Shown: positions 51,629 through 61,550, numbered from the stretch's first letter. The stretch is DNA of 64,000 nt from Gammaproteobacteria bacterium (GCA_050287605.1 JBNKCG010000037.1:5389-69388); one strand, 5' to 3'. Program-made: numbers and translations. Notes: generated by a model from the letters alone, not told the origin.

Positions 51629-51946
51629 TCACCCGCAATTGCAGGCGCGCAGAAATTGACCGGGAAGCAGCAGATTGAAGCGCGCGATACCCTCTTCTTC
51701 GCGAACGCGGTTGAAGACCTCGCAGCTCATGCAGGAGAGGCGGCTGGCAGCGAACGAACCCTGGACGATGCCGTCGCTGTAGGTGCCAGCGATCGCCCAG
51801 CAGATGCGACCACCGTTGACACCCCCGTTGAGACCGTCGGCGTCGCAGGCGGCCGCGGTGGCGCAGACCCCCAGCAGCTCTGCCGCCGCACCGCCGGGTT
51901 CACGTCCGCAGCCCTTGATCTGCCAACAGTTGAGTCGTTCGCTCAT
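51629..51946 (-). CDS. Small cysteine/tryptophan-rich protein with two CW motifs (two-CW-like metal/redox-binding domain)
   Basis: 105 aa with 9 Cys: NCWQIKGCG...CATAAAC...RICWAIAGT...CMSCEVF...ACNCG. Strong RBS ggaggagg 7 nt upstream of the ATG. Composition is unlike antisense-artefact ORFs. Confidence 0.6.
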   Translation of the reverse strand: MSERLNCWQIKGCGREPGGAAAELLGVCATAAACDADGLNGGVNGGRICWAIAGTYSDGIVQGSFAASRLSCMSCEVFNRVREEEGIARFNLLLPGQFLRACNCG

Positions 51947-52174
51947 GACACCCCTCCTCCGGTAGGCGCGGTATCCGTCCCCTGTGTTTATACCTCGTTA
52001 TGGATAGAGGGCGGACTCGAACGTAGTAGGCGAGATTCCGGCGCCGGTTGCAAACACAATATTGAATCGGGATATAGAGGGGAGTTATTGACGATTATCA
52101 GGAACAGCTCCGAAGGCGGTCCGGCGGCCCGCACAGGACGACGCTGCCCGCGCGCAATGGGCCGGCAAGTCTAG

Positions 52175-53482
52175 CTACCAGTAGCTCAGGGCGTTGGCGT
52201 AGAGCTCCGCGAGCACGGTCTGGTCCACGGGGCGCGGCGCGTTCTTCAACAGCCGCTGCTGGGCGTAGGCCCCCTCCACCAGTCCGCCGATATCGCCCGC
52301 ATCGTAGCCCACACCGCCAACGCCGTTAGGCATCGCGGTGGCACGCATCAACCCCTCCAGGTGCCGGGCCACCAACTCACCGGCATCCTCCGGGGCCACG
52401 TCGCGCACCTCGGCGCCCAGCAGCTGAGCCCCTTCCAGGTGACGTTCGGGACAGGCGCTGCCGGTAAAGCGGAACGCCGCGGGGGCGTTGACGATGACCG
52501 ACATACCGTGGGGGCAGATGGGTTCGTCCGCAGGATAGCCCTCGGGCTGGAACCCCTTCACCAGACCCGCCACCGAGTAGGACATGCCGTGGGGGATGTG
52601 GACTCCGGCATTGCCGAACGCCAGGCCGGCCAGGGTGGCGGCGAACATCATGCCGTCGCGCGCCTCGTGGTCGGCGGCGTCGGCCACCGCGCGCACCAGA
52701 AAGCGCCCCGCCAACCGCAGCGCCTCGCGGCAGCCGATGTCGCTCCAGGGGTTGGCCCCCTGGCTCATGGGCCGCAGGTGCGGCTGGTCGGGTCGCGCGC
52801 GCTGCGTGTAGGGGATGGCGGTGAAGCTCTCCAGGGCGTGGCTCAACACGTCAAAGCCGCTGGCCGCCACCACATTGGCCGGCAGCGTATAGGTGGTAGT
52901 GGGATCGATGACCGCCCGGGTGGGGCGTAGCGCGCGGTGGGCGATGCCGGTCTTGGCGCGCATCGCCAGCAGATCGAATACCGCGATGCCGGTGCATTCG
53001 CTGCCGGTACCGGAGGTGGTCGGGCAGGCGATGTGCGGCTTCAACGGCCCCGGCGGGGCGATGCCGTTGCCGATGGGCGGGTTGACGTAGTCCATGAACT
53101 CGGCCGGCCAGGTGCTGTAGAGGTTGGCCGCCTTGCAGGTGTCGATGACCGAGCCACCGCCCACGGAGACGAAACCGTCAAAATCGCCTTCGCTGGCAAA
53201 GCGTGCCGCGGCGGCGAACGAGCGGTCCGTAGGCTCGACCCGCACCTCGTCGTAGACCGCGACGTCCACCCCGGCCGCGCGCAGCGACTCCTGCACGCGC
53301 GCCACGTGGCCTTGCGCCACAACCCCGGCGTCGGTGTAGAGCGCCACCCGCCGGAGTCCCAGGACGCGCGCATCGTCGCCCACTTCGCGCAGGGCGCCGG
53401 GACCGAATTTGATCGCCGAGGCGTCGACGCTGAACACCTCATCGCCGTGCTCGGTCAGCGCGTAGTAGTGACAGCAACCCAT
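52175..53482 (-). CDS. Iron-containing alcohol dehydrogenase family protein (hydroxyacid-oxoacid transhydrogenase-like)
   Basis: 435 aa. [14 protein letters not shown](P)-binding motif and His-rich metal site ([14 protein letters not shown]...HG). Confidence 0.85.
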   Translation of the reverse strand: MGCCHYYALTEHGDEVFSVDASAIKFGPGALREVGDDARVLGLRRVALYTDAGVVAQGHVARVQESLRAAGVDVAVYDEVRVEPTDRSFAAAARFASEGDFDGFVSVGGGSVIDTCKAANLYSTWPAEFMDYVNPPIGNGIAPPGPLKPHIACPTTSGTGSECTGIAVFDLLAMRAKTGIAHRALRPTRAVIDPTTTYTLPANVVAASGFDVLSHALESFTAIPYTQRARPDQPHLRPMSQGANPWSDIGCREALRLAGRFLVRAVADAADHEARDGMMFAATLAGLAFGNAGVHIPHGMSYSVAGLVKGFQPEGYPADEPICPHGMSVIVNAPAAFRFTGSACPERHLEGAQLLGAEVRDVAPEDAGELVARHLEGLMRATAMPNGVGGVGYDAGDIGGLVEGAYAQQRLLKNAPRPVDQTVLAELYANALSYW

Positions 53483-53523
53483 GAAACCACCCTCCTCCCG
53501 GCCGTGCGCACGGATCAGTCTGT

Positions 53524-53794
53524 TTAGGGCCTGTTAACACTAGTCGCATAGGCCCTGCTGAGTCTCATTTTTTGTCCAGCAAGGCAGAATGAGCGAGGTG
53601 TAGCCCCGCTACATGAGCGAATGATAACGCCGCTGGGCGGAAAAGGAGGCTCAGCCCTTCGGGTTGCACCTGAAAACACGCCACTCGGCGTTGCTCGTCG
53701 CTCATTTGGAGTTACCAAACTTCGCTCCTCGCGCCTGGATTGGCGCGTTTTCAGGCACAACAGGACCTATGCGACTAGTGCTAACAGGCCCTAA
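53524..53794. mobile_element. MITE-like miniature inverted-repeat element (about 271 bp) with 29-bp terminal inverted repeats
   Basis: Left end ttagggcctgttaacactagtcgcatagg. Right end cctatgcgactagtgctaacaggccctaa (28 of 29 complementary). Nested internal inverted repeats (cctgaaaacacgcc / ggcgcgttttcagg). No ORF. The PilZ TAG stop lies within the right end. Confidence 0.5.
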
Positions 53795-54072
53795 GTCGCC
53801 TCTTGCGGAGGCTCCTCTACGAAGCGTAGCCCGATTCCGGTAGGTTCCAGGCGCACCACCTCCATGGTCACCACCGGCAGATCATCCACCGGGCCCTGGA
53901 CCTGGCCCTGCACCACGGTGCCCACGGGCGGGATAGGATCGCCGCTGGTGATGAGGAAGACTCCGCCATCCGACACGTCGCGGGTGGTGAAGATCACCGA
54001 ACCGATGGAGTCGTGCCAGACGCGTACCTTGATGCTGACCGCCGTGCGTAAGTGTTGTCGTTTTTCGTGCAT
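53791..54072 (-). CDS. PilZ-domain protein (c-di-GMP binding), start at MHEKRQHL
   Basis: 93 aa. RxxxR motif (RQHLR) and D-x-S-x-x-G motif (DVSDGG). Confidence 0.75.
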   Translation of the reverse strand: MHEKRQHLRTAVSIKVRVWHDSIGSVIFTTRDVSDGGVFLITSGDPIPPVGTVVQGQVQGPVDDLPVVTMEVVRLEPTGIGLRFVEEPPQEAT

Positions 54073-54152
54073 AGCGACGCCGCTGAAGTGATGTTGTCGG
54101 GTGGGCACACGATACCGCGCCCCGCGCCAAGAGTATCAGCCCGGCAAGGATT

Positions 54153-55265
54153 TTACCCCCCCGGTAGCGTGGGGAAACCGGGTCGCGGCCCGATATCGAA
54201 GCGGTCGCGCTCGTACAGCGGGCGGCTCTGCACGTAGGCGAGCAACAGCATCACCAGCGATTCCAGCGCGTCGCAATGGATGCGCTCGTAACCGTGCGAA
54301 GCGTCGATGCCGAAGCAGATGAGAGAAGTGCGCAGGTCGTTACCCGCCTCCACGGCGGCCGCGCTATCGGAACGGTAGTAGCGGAACACGTCACGCTGGT
54401 GGGGAATGGCGAACTCCTTGCACAACTCCAGCAGCCGGTGGGTGAGGTGATAGTCGAACGGACCGGTCATGTCGGCCATAGCGACGGTGACGCCGAATTC
54501 GCTGGAGTTCTGTCCCGGTGCAGTGGTGCCGTTATCAATAGTCACCATCTCGGCGACGTCCTGGTGCAGAACCGCCGAGGCGCCCGACCCCACCTCCTCG
54601 GAGATGGTGAACAGCAGATGACAATCCACCGGCAGCACGATGCCCCCCTCGCGCACCGCCTTGGCGAAGGCGAACACCACCGCCGCACCCGCTTTGTCGT
54701 CCAGGTGGCGCGAGTTGATGAAGCCGTTGTGGTGAAACTCGGGGATGGGGTCGACGGCGATGATATCGCCCACGTGAAACCCCAGCCGCATCAGGTCGGC
54801 GCGGCTGGCGCACATCTCGTCCACGCGCACCTCGACGTTGTCCCACGCCACCTTCTGGCTGTCGACCTCGGGTCCGAAGGTGTGTCCCGACGCCTTGAGC
54901 GGCAGCAGCGTGCCGCGGTAGGGGCGCTCGTCGGTAAACACCGTGACGCGGGCACCTTCGGCAAAGCGCGCGTTCCAGTGACCGATGGGCACCACCTCCA
55001 AGCGTCCGTTCTCCTTGAGCCCCTTGACCATGGCGCCCAGGGTGTCGAGGTGGGCGACAATGGCGCGATCGGGGCTGGAGCGTTCGCCGGCAATGGTGGC
55101 GCGGATGGCGCCGCGCCGCGTCAACTCGAACGGAATCTCCAGCCGCTCCAACTCATCGCAAGCCAGGTGCACGATACGGTCGGTATAGCCGGTGGGGCTG
55201 GGCGTCTGCAGCAGACGGGCGAGGATGTCCAGCAGATAGCCGCGATCGATGGCAGGGAGGTTCAT
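54153..55265 (-). CDS. M42-family peptidase of the NAGGN (N-acetylglutaminylglutamine amide) osmoprotectant system
   Basis: 370 aa. M42/FrvX-type metal ligands (IVAHLD, DDKAG, ISEEVG, HCD). Third gene of the conserved asnO-ngg-M42 trio. Its ATG overlaps the ngg stop (ATGA). Confidence 0.8.
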   Translation of the reverse strand: MNLPAIDRGYLLDILARLLQTPSPTGYTDRIVHLACDELERLEIPFELTRRGAIRATIAGERSSPDRAIVAHLDTLGAMVKGLKENGRLEVVPIGHWNARFAEGARVTVFTDERPYRGTLLPLKASGHTFGPEVDSQKVAWDNVEVRVDEMCASRADLMRLGFHVGDIIAVDPIPEFHHNGFINSRHLDDKAGAAVVFAFAKAVREGGIVLPVDCHLLFTISEEVGSGASAVLHQDVAEMVTIDNGTTAPGQNSSEFGVTVAMADMTGPFDYHLTHRLLELCKEFAIPHQRDVFRYYRSDSAAAVEAGNDLRTSLICFGIDASHGYERIHCDALESLVMLLLAYVQSRPLYERDRFDIGPRPGFPTLPGG

Positions 55266-57013
55266 GCGCGGTATTCCCGATGCAGCGTGCGTGGGGCGGT
55301 TTGCGGAAACAGCAGGTCGACGAAGCGCTGCGCCGTCGGCTGCGGTTCGTGATTGGCCAGCCCGGGCCGCTCGTTGGCTTCGATGATCACGTACTGCTCG
55401 CCGGCCACGTCGGGTACCAGGAAATCGAGCCCCACCACGGGGATGTCCAGCGCCCGCGCCGCCGCTTCCGCCGCCTCGCGCAGTCGAGGATGCAGGCGCG
55501 CCGTCACGTCGTGGATGGTGCCGCCGGTATGCAGGTTGGCGGTCTTGCGCACCGCCAGCTCGCGATTCACCTCCAGTACGTCGTCGAGCTGGTAGCCGCT
55601 GGCACGCACGCAGCGTTCCGTCTCGCCGTCGAGCGGAATGCGGCTCTCGCCGCCGGTCGCCGCCGCGCGTCGCCGGCTCTGCTTTTCGATGAGCTGGCGG
55701 ATGGTGTGGCGGCCCGTGCCGGTGACCGCAGCAGGGCGACGCACGGCCGCCGCCACCACCTCGTATCCGATCACGATGATGCGCAGATCCTGGCCCTCCA
55801 CATAGCGCTCCAGCAGTACCGTATCGCAGTGGCGACGCGCCAGCTCCACCGCCTGCTCCAGCTCCGGAGCCGCGCGAACGTCGACGCTAATCCCCATCCC
55901 CTGCTCGCCGCGCGCCGGCTTGACCACCAGTCGCTGGTACTTGTCGAGAAACGCCTCGCTCTCTGCGCGCGACGCGGCGATCTGCTGCGGCAGAACCGAC
56001 AGCCCCGCCTCCGCCAGCAGGCGGCGTGTCACGCGCTTGTTGTCGCAGCGGCTCATGGCCACCGCCGTGGTGAGCTCCGACAGCGATTCGCGGCAGACGA
56101 TGGTGCGGCCGCCCAGCGAGAGGCTGAAGTAGTTCTCTTCTGTGTCGATCACCTCCACCGCGATGCCGCGGCGGCGCGCCTCGTTGACGATGATGGTGGC
56201 GTAGGGGTTGAGTTGCTCTTCCGGTTTGGGAGCGATGTAGAGCGGTTCGTTGAAGGCGTTTTTGTGCTTGAGCGCAAACACCGGCACGCGCACGAAACCG
56301 AGCTTCTCGTAGAGGGCGATGGCGTGACGGTTGTCGTGCATCACGGAGAGATCGAGGAAGGTACGGCCGCGAGTGAGGTAGGACTCGGCGAGAAAACGCA
56401 CCATCGCCTCACCGACGCCGGGGATTCCACACTGCGGGTCCACCGCCAGACACCACAGACTGGCGCCGTTCTCCGGATCGTTAAACGCTTGGCGGTGATC
56501 GACACCGGTAACCGTGCCGACGATCTGCCCGCTGCCCACCTCTTCCGCCACCAGATAAGCGAGCGTGCGCGAATCGCGTTTCCGCCACAAAAAGCCCGGC
56601 TCCACCTGCACCATTCTGCGCTTGGCGTAGAGCGCGTTGATCGCGGCCGCATCATCGTGCGACAGCATGCGGCGTACGATGAACCCCTTGGGCACTTCGT
56701 CGCTGGGCTGATAGCGGTCCAGCCACAATCGGTAGGTGTGCGAGGGATCGAGGAACAGCTCCTGCGGCGCCATGGCGATCACCACATGGGGATCGCGCAG
56801 GTACATGCCGATGTCGCGCCGTCCCGCCTGCTCGGACTGCAGCATGCGCGCCAGCTCCACGTTGCTGGCAAAGGTGTGGGCGAAGACCAACCGTCCCCAA
56901 CCGCAATCGACGGCGATGTTGGACTCGTACTGATCCGCAGCCGGCCCCTGCAGATGGCGCCAATTCTGCACCGAGGGGGCGTTGCGGCGTTCGAAGCGGT
57001 GTTTTTTGACCAT
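55262..57013 (-). CDS. ngg: Bifunctional GNAT acetyltransferase / ATP-grasp (RimK-like) N-acetylglutaminylglutamine synthetase
   Basis: N-terminal GNAT plus a C-terminal ATP-grasp domain. Start chosen at MVKKHRF (GGGAGGG RBS 9 nt upstream). The ORF-track start at 57082 overlaps asnO. Confidence 0.85.
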   Translation of the reverse strand: MVKKHRFERRNAPSVQNWRHLQGPAADQYESNIAVDCGWGRLVFAHTFASNVELARMLQSEQAGRRDIGMYLRDPHVVIAMAPQELFLDPSHTYRLWLDRYQPSDEVPKGFIVRRMLSHDDAAAINALYAKRRMVQVEPGFLWRKRDSRTLAYLVAEEVGSGQIVGTVTGVDHRQAFNDPENGASLWCLAVDPQCGIPGVGEAMVRFLAESYLTRGRTFLDLSVMHDNRHAIALYEKLGFVRVPVFALKHKNAFNEPLYIAPKPEEQLNPYATIIVNEARRRGIAVEVIDTEENYFSLSLGGRTIVCRESLSELTTAVAMSRCDNKRVTRRLLAEAGLSVLPQQIAASRAESEAFLDKYQRLVVKPARGEQGMGISVDVRAAPELEQAVELARRHCDTVLLERYVEGQDLRIIVIGYEVVAAAVRRPAAVTGTGRHTIRQLIEKQSRRRAAATGGESRIPLDGETERCVRASGYQLDDVLEVNRELAVRKTANLHTGGTIHDVTARLHPRLREAAEAAARALDIPVVGLDFLVPDVAGEQYVIIEANERPGLANHEPQPTAQRFVDLLFPQTAPRTLHREYRA

Positions 57014-57030
57014 CTGAGGCATCCCTCCCG

Positions 57031-58806
57031 CTAACCGATCTCCTGCCCCTGCAACCACAGCTCCAGCAGTGCCACCTGCCACAGCTTGGAACCGCGCAGG
57101 GGCGTGATGTGTTGTTCGGGCGCCGCGAACAGCTCGTCAATGTAAGCGGCGTTGAACAACCCGCGCTCGCGCGCCGCCCGGTTGTCCAGCGTGTCGCGTA
57201 CGTACTCAAGAAACGACCCCTGCAGGTACTTCAGAGCGGGCACCGGAAAATACCCCTTGGGACGGTCGATCACTTCGTGAGGAATGAAATTGCGCGCCAC
57301 CTCTTTGAGAACGTGCTTGCCGCCGTGGGCCACCTTGTGTTCGGCAGGCATGCGCGCAGCCAGCTCCACCAGCTCGTGATCGAGAAACGGCACGCGCGCC
57401 TCCAAGCCCCACGCCATGGTCTGGCTGTCGACGCGCTTGACGGGGTCGTCCACCAGCATGACGGTGGTATCGAGGCGCAGCGCCTTGTCGATGGGATCGA
57501 CGGCGTCATCGCTGGCGAACTGCTCGTGCAAAAAGCGCCGGCTGTGATCGTCGCCACGCCACGTTTCACCCACCGCGCGGCAGTACTCGGCGTGATCGCG
57601 GTCGAAGAACACCCGCGCGTAGTCGCCCTCAGGATCGGCACTCTCCATCAGCGGCGGATACCAGTGATAGCCGGCGAAGACCTCGTCGGCGCCCTGTCCG
57701 CTCTGTACCACCTTGACGTGCTTGGCCACCTCGCGCGACAGCAGATAGAAGCCGATATTGTCGTGGCTCACCATCGGCTCGGACATGGCACGGATGCAGT
57801 GCGGCAGCTGCTCCAGGGTCTCGCGTGCGTCGACGCGGATCTGATGATGGCGGGTCGAAAAACGCTCCGCCACCAAGTCGGAATACCGGAACTCGTCGCC
57901 CGCCTCGTCATTGACGGATTCGAAGCCGACGGAAAAGGTGTTGAGCCCCTGCTGCCCCTGTTCGGCCAGCAGCCCGACGATGAGGCTGGAATCCACCCCG
58001 CCGGAAAGCAGCACGCCCACCGGCACGTCGGCCACCAAGCGCCGCTTGACCGCCGTCATCAGCGCATCGGCGAGCAGCGCCTGCCACTCGCCGACACTAC
58101 GCCGCCGATCGGCTTCGCTGCGTTCGAAACGCAGGCTCCAATAGCGGTGCTCGGTAGTGCGCCCATCCGGTTCGACGCGCATCAGGGTAGCCGGCGGCAG
58201 CTTGCGCGCACCGCGCAGTATCGTCAGCGGTGCCGGCACCACCGAGTGGAAGCTCATGTAGTGATGCAGCGCCACCGGGTCGACGGCGGTGTCGAGTTCA
58301 CCGCCCCGCAGCAGCGCCGGCAGCGTCGAGGCGAACCGCAGCGCACCGTCTCGCAGGCAATAGTAGAGCGGCTTGATGCCTAGCCGGTCGCGCCCCAACA
58401 ATACCCGTCCCGAGTCGCGCTCCCACACGGCAAAGGCAAACATGCCGTGAAAGCGCTGCACGAACGCTTCGCCCCAGGCGTGATAGGCCTTCAACACCAC
58501 CTCGGTGTCGCCATTGGAGAAGAAACGGTAGCCCTTTCCCTCCAGTTCACGGCGCAGCTCGGGGTAGTTGTAAATCATGCCGTTGAACACGATCCCCAGC
58601 CCCAACTCGTTGTCCACCATGGGCTGCTGGGCGTGCTCGCTCAGATCGACGATCTTCAGCCGCCGATGCCCGAACGCCAACCGCCCCTGGTGAAACTGAC
58701 CGCCGGCATCGGGACCGCGCGGCGCCAGCGCCGCGCTCATGGCGGCAACCGCGCCGTTATCGGCCAGTTGTTGATCGAAGCGAATCTCTCCTGCTATTCC
58801 ACACAC
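57031..58806 (-). CDS. asnO: Asparagine-synthetase-family glutamine amidotransferase AsnO (NAGGN pathway)
   Basis: MCGIAG N-terminal nucleophile Cys. SGGVDSS PP-loop. 591 aa. Confidence 0.9.
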   Translation of the reverse strand: MCGIAGEIRFDQQLADNGAVAAMSAALAPRGPDAGGQFHQGRLAFGHRRLKIVDLSEHAQQPMVDNELGLGIVFNGMIYNYPELRRELEGKGYRFFSNGDTEVVLKAYHAWGEAFVQRFHGMFAFAVWERDSGRVLLGRDRLGIKPLYYCLRDGALRFASTLPALLRGGELDTAVDPVALHHYMSFHSVVPAPLTILRGARKLPPATLMRVEPDGRTTEHRYWSLRFERSEADRRRSVGEWQALLADALMTAVKRRLVADVPVGVLLSGGVDSSLIVGLLAEQGQQGLNTFSVGFESVNDEAGDEFRYSDLVAERFSTRHHQIRVDARETLEQLPHCIRAMSEPMVSHDNIGFYLLSREVAKHVKVVQSGQGADEVFAGYHWYPPLMESADPEGDYARVFFDRDHAEYCRAVGETWRGDDHSRRFLHEQFASDDAVDPIDKALRLDTTVMLVDDPVKRVDSQTMAWGLEARVPFLDHELVELAARMPAEHKVAHGGKHVLKEVARNFIPHEVIDRPKGYFPVPALKYLQGSFLEYVRDTLDNRAARERGLFNAAYIDELFAAPEQHITPLRGSKLWQVALLELWLQGQEIG

Positions 58807-58893
58807 AAATCACTACCTGCAAACGAGATGAATGGCATCCGCAATCGAATGGCTGCGCATTCGGCGGGACGTTGAATTGATAGGGATGCGAGT

Positions 58894-59409
58894 TCAGCCG
58901 GCGGCTGGGGATGACTCATTGCCGTTGGCATCCAGGATGGCACCAGGGGTCAGCACCGGTGACGCGTCCAACTCCTGGGCGTCCATCATGGCGGCTACGC
59001 GCTGCAGCGTCGCCAGCATCTGCGTACGTTCCCACTCCTGCAGTTGGCGGAAACGTGCCGCAAACGCATCCTGCAACAGCGACGGTGCCTTCTTGATCAG
59101 CTGATCCGCCGCCGGTGTGGGATAGACCAGCACACGGCGCTTGTCGGCAGACGAACGCGAGCGCATCACCAGGGCCCGCTTTTCCAGCCGGTCGAGAATA
59201 TCGGTCACCGTGGCCTGGCTGAGATTGACCCGCTGGGCGAGTTCACCCACCGCCGTGCCCGGCTGTTCGAGCAGGCTCTTGAGGATGAGGGCTTGCGGAC
59301 CGGTGATGCCGTGGTGCTGGATGAGTTTGCGCGAGTGCAGATCGATGGCGCGCACGATGCGCCGGATAGCCACGAGGACCTCCTCGCACTGATCCTTTTC
59401 GGAAATCAT
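58894..59409 (-). CDS. MarR-family transcriptional regulator
   Basis: Winged helix GITGPQALILKSLLEQPGTAVGELAQRVNLSQATVTDILDRLEKRALV. Located upstream of asnO-ngg. Confidence 0.85.
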   Translation of the reverse strand: MISEKDQCEEVLVAIRRIVRAIDLHSRKLIQHHGITGPQALILKSLLEQPGTAVGELAQRVNLSQATVTDILDRLEKRALVMRSRSSADKRRVLVYPTPAADQLIKKAPSLLQDAFAARFRQLQEWERTQMLATLQRVAAMMDAQELDASPVLTPGAILDANGNESSPAAG

Positions 59410-59492
59410 GTTCCCCGGCTGGTTAGGAGTTGAGCGGTGTTAATCTATCGGACACGATGGATTAATTCAAGCGGCACTTACAAATCAAATAA

Positions 59493-59518
59493 TTGAAAAT
59501 CAAAAGATTCAATGAATC
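59493..59518. promoter_or_regulatory. Two short palindromes in the AT-rich marR promoter region (candidate MarR operators)
   Basis: ttgaaaatcaa and gattcaatgaatc (perfect 6-bp arms), 85-110 bp upstream of the marR ATG. Confidence 0.3.
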
Positions 59519-59588
59519 ATCGCCACTATTTTGGCCATCCACCGCCCGACAATCGCTCCGATTTAATTCGAACACGGTGGGAATTGCG

Positions 59589-61412
59589 CTACACGTTGGC
59601 GGCAACCGGCGCGCCTTCGCCCTCCGCCGCCTCGCGCCGCTCCTCGAGCTGCAGCTCCCACATGGCGGCGTAGCGCCCCGCTTGCGCCAGCAGGGCGTCA
59701 TGGGTGCCTCTCTCGATGATGCGCCCCTCCTCCAGCACCAGGATCTGGTCGGCATCGACCACGGTGGAGAGCCGGTGGGCAATGACCAGCGTGGTGTGAT
59801 GCTCGGCCAGCTCCTTGAGCGCTCTCTGGATGACCTGTTCGGAGTGCGAATCCAGCGACGAGGTGGCCTCGTCGAAGACCATGACGTGCGGACTCTTGAG
59901 AATGGCGCGCGCGATAGCCACGCGCTGCTTCTCCCCACCCGAGAGTTTCAGGCCGCGCTCGCCCACCACGGTCTCGTACCCCTGCGGCAACGCGGCGATG
60001 AAGTGGTGGATGTGCGCCAGCTGCGCCGCCCGCTCCACTTCCTCGCGCGACGCGCCGGGACGACCGTACTGGATGTTGTAGAAGACCGACTCGTTGAACA
60101 GCACCGTATCCTGCGGCACGATGCCGATGGCGTCGCGCAGGCTCTCCTGGGTCACCGCACGCACATCCTGTCCGTCGATGAGCACCCGCCCCGCGCTCAC
60201 GTCGTAGAAGCGGAACAGCAACCGCGCCAGGGTAGACTTGCCCGACCCGCTGGGCCCCACCACCGCCACCTTGCTCCCCGCCGGTACGACGAAATCCACC
60301 GCGTGGAGAATGGGACGGTCGGGGTTGTAGCTGAAATCGACCTGCTCGAAACGGATCTCGCCGCCGCGCACCTGCAGCGGCGCTGCGTCGGCGCTATTGT
60401 GGATCTCGGGACGGCGCTCCAGCAGCTCGAACATCATCTCCATGTCGGAGAGCGCGTGCTTGAGCTGACTGTAAACCACGCCGAGGAATCCGAGGGGAAT
60501 GAACAGCTGCAGCAAAAAGGCGTTCACCATCACCAGGTCGCCCAGACTCAGCGTTCCCGTCACCACACCGTCAGCGGCGAGAATCATGATCAGCGTCACC
60601 GCGATGGCAATGATCGTTCCCTGGCCGAAATTGAGCGCCGACATGGAGGTCTGGGTCTTGACCGCGGCATCCTCCCACTCGCGCAGGCTGGCGTCGTAAC
60701 GCTGCAGCTCGTAGCGCTCGTTGCCGAAATACTTCACGGTCTCGTAGTTCATCAGGCTGTCGATGGCCTGACCGCTGGCCTGGGAGTCCATGGCGTTCAT
60801 GCGATGGCGAAACTGGATGCGCCAGTTGGTCACCGCAAATGTGAAAGTGATGTAGAGCACCACCGCCCCGAAGGTCACCACGCTGAACCAGACGTTGAAA
60901 CGCGTGGCCAGGATACCCGCCACCAGCACGAACTCGACGATGATGGGCAAAACGCTGAAGACCATGAAATTGAGCAGCGTGCTGGCCGCCTGGGTGCCGC
61001 GGGTAATGTCGCGCGACAAGCCGCCGGTCTTGCGCTCCAGGTGATAACGCAGCGACAGCGTGTGCAGGTGCTCCAAGGTCTGGTGCGAGAGTACCCGGAC
61101 GATGCCCTGGCGCACCTTGGCGAACACCCCGTCGCGCAGCTCGTTGAACAGGGCCCCCGCCAGGCGCAGCCCACCGTAGCCCACCAACAGCGCCAGCGGC
61201 ACCACCAGCAACTGATGGCGCGTGCTATCCAGGGCATCCACCAACTCCTTGAGCACAAGTGGCACCGCCACAGCAGCCACCTTGGCGAATATCAGGCATG
61301 CCAGCGCCAGTGCGGTACGTCCCTTGTAGTGCCACAGGTAGGGCAGCAGCGAGCGGATGGTGCGCCAGTCGTTACGGTTCTTGCGCGGGGGTGCGGTGTA
61401 GCGTACGTGCAT
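59589..61412 (-). CDS. ABC exporter, fused transmembrane + ATPase (Atm1/MsbA-like type I exporter), start at MHVRYTAPP
   Basis: Six TM helices. Walker A GPSGSGKST, signature LSGGEKQRV, Walker B VMVFDEATS. Confidence 0.88.
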   Translation of the reverse strand: MHVRYTAPPRKNRNDWRTIRSLLPYLWHYKGRTALALACLIFAKVAAVAVPLVLKELVDALDSTRHQLLVVPLALLVGYGGLRLAGALFNELRDGVFAKVRQGIVRVLSHQTLEHLHTLSLRYHLERKTGGLSRDITRGTQAASTLLNFMVFSVLPIIVEFVLVAGILATRFNVWFSVVTFGAVVLYITFTFAVTNWRIQFRHRMNAMDSQASGQAIDSLMNYETVKYFGNERYELQRYDASLREWEDAAVKTQTSMSALNFGQGTIIAIAVTLIMILAADGVVTGTLSLGDLVMVNAFLLQLFIPLGFLGVVYSQLKHALSDMEMMFELLERRPEIHNSADAAPLQVRGGEIRFEQVDFSYNPDRPILHAVDFVVPAGSKVAVVGPSGSGKSTLARLLFRFYDVSAGRVLIDGQDVRAVTQESLRDAIGIVPQDTVLFNESVFYNIQYGRPGASREEVERAAQLAHIHHFIAALPQGYETVVGERGLKLSGGEKQRVAIARAILKSPHVMVFDEATSSLDSHSEQVIQRALKELAEHHTTLVIAHRLSTVVDADQILVLEEGRIIERGTHDALLAQAGRYAAMWELQLEERREAAEGEGAPVAANV

Positions 61413-61550
61413 CGATATTCCGTGGGCCTGCTTCGGTGGGGTGACCCGGGGCCGCACAGTGTAGCCCGAAACCCGGCCACTCTCACCCGCACACCGCCGC
61501 CCGTCCTGGTGAACCCACTGAAAAACGGTGTCTTTTCGCCTTTACTCACC

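Noticed and set aside
51343-51678. 111-aa plus-strand ORF in the spacer between the GGDEF-EAL gene and the Cys-rich gene
   Set aside because: Arg/Gly-rich, no RBS, overlaps the 3' end of the Cys-rich gene in antisense.
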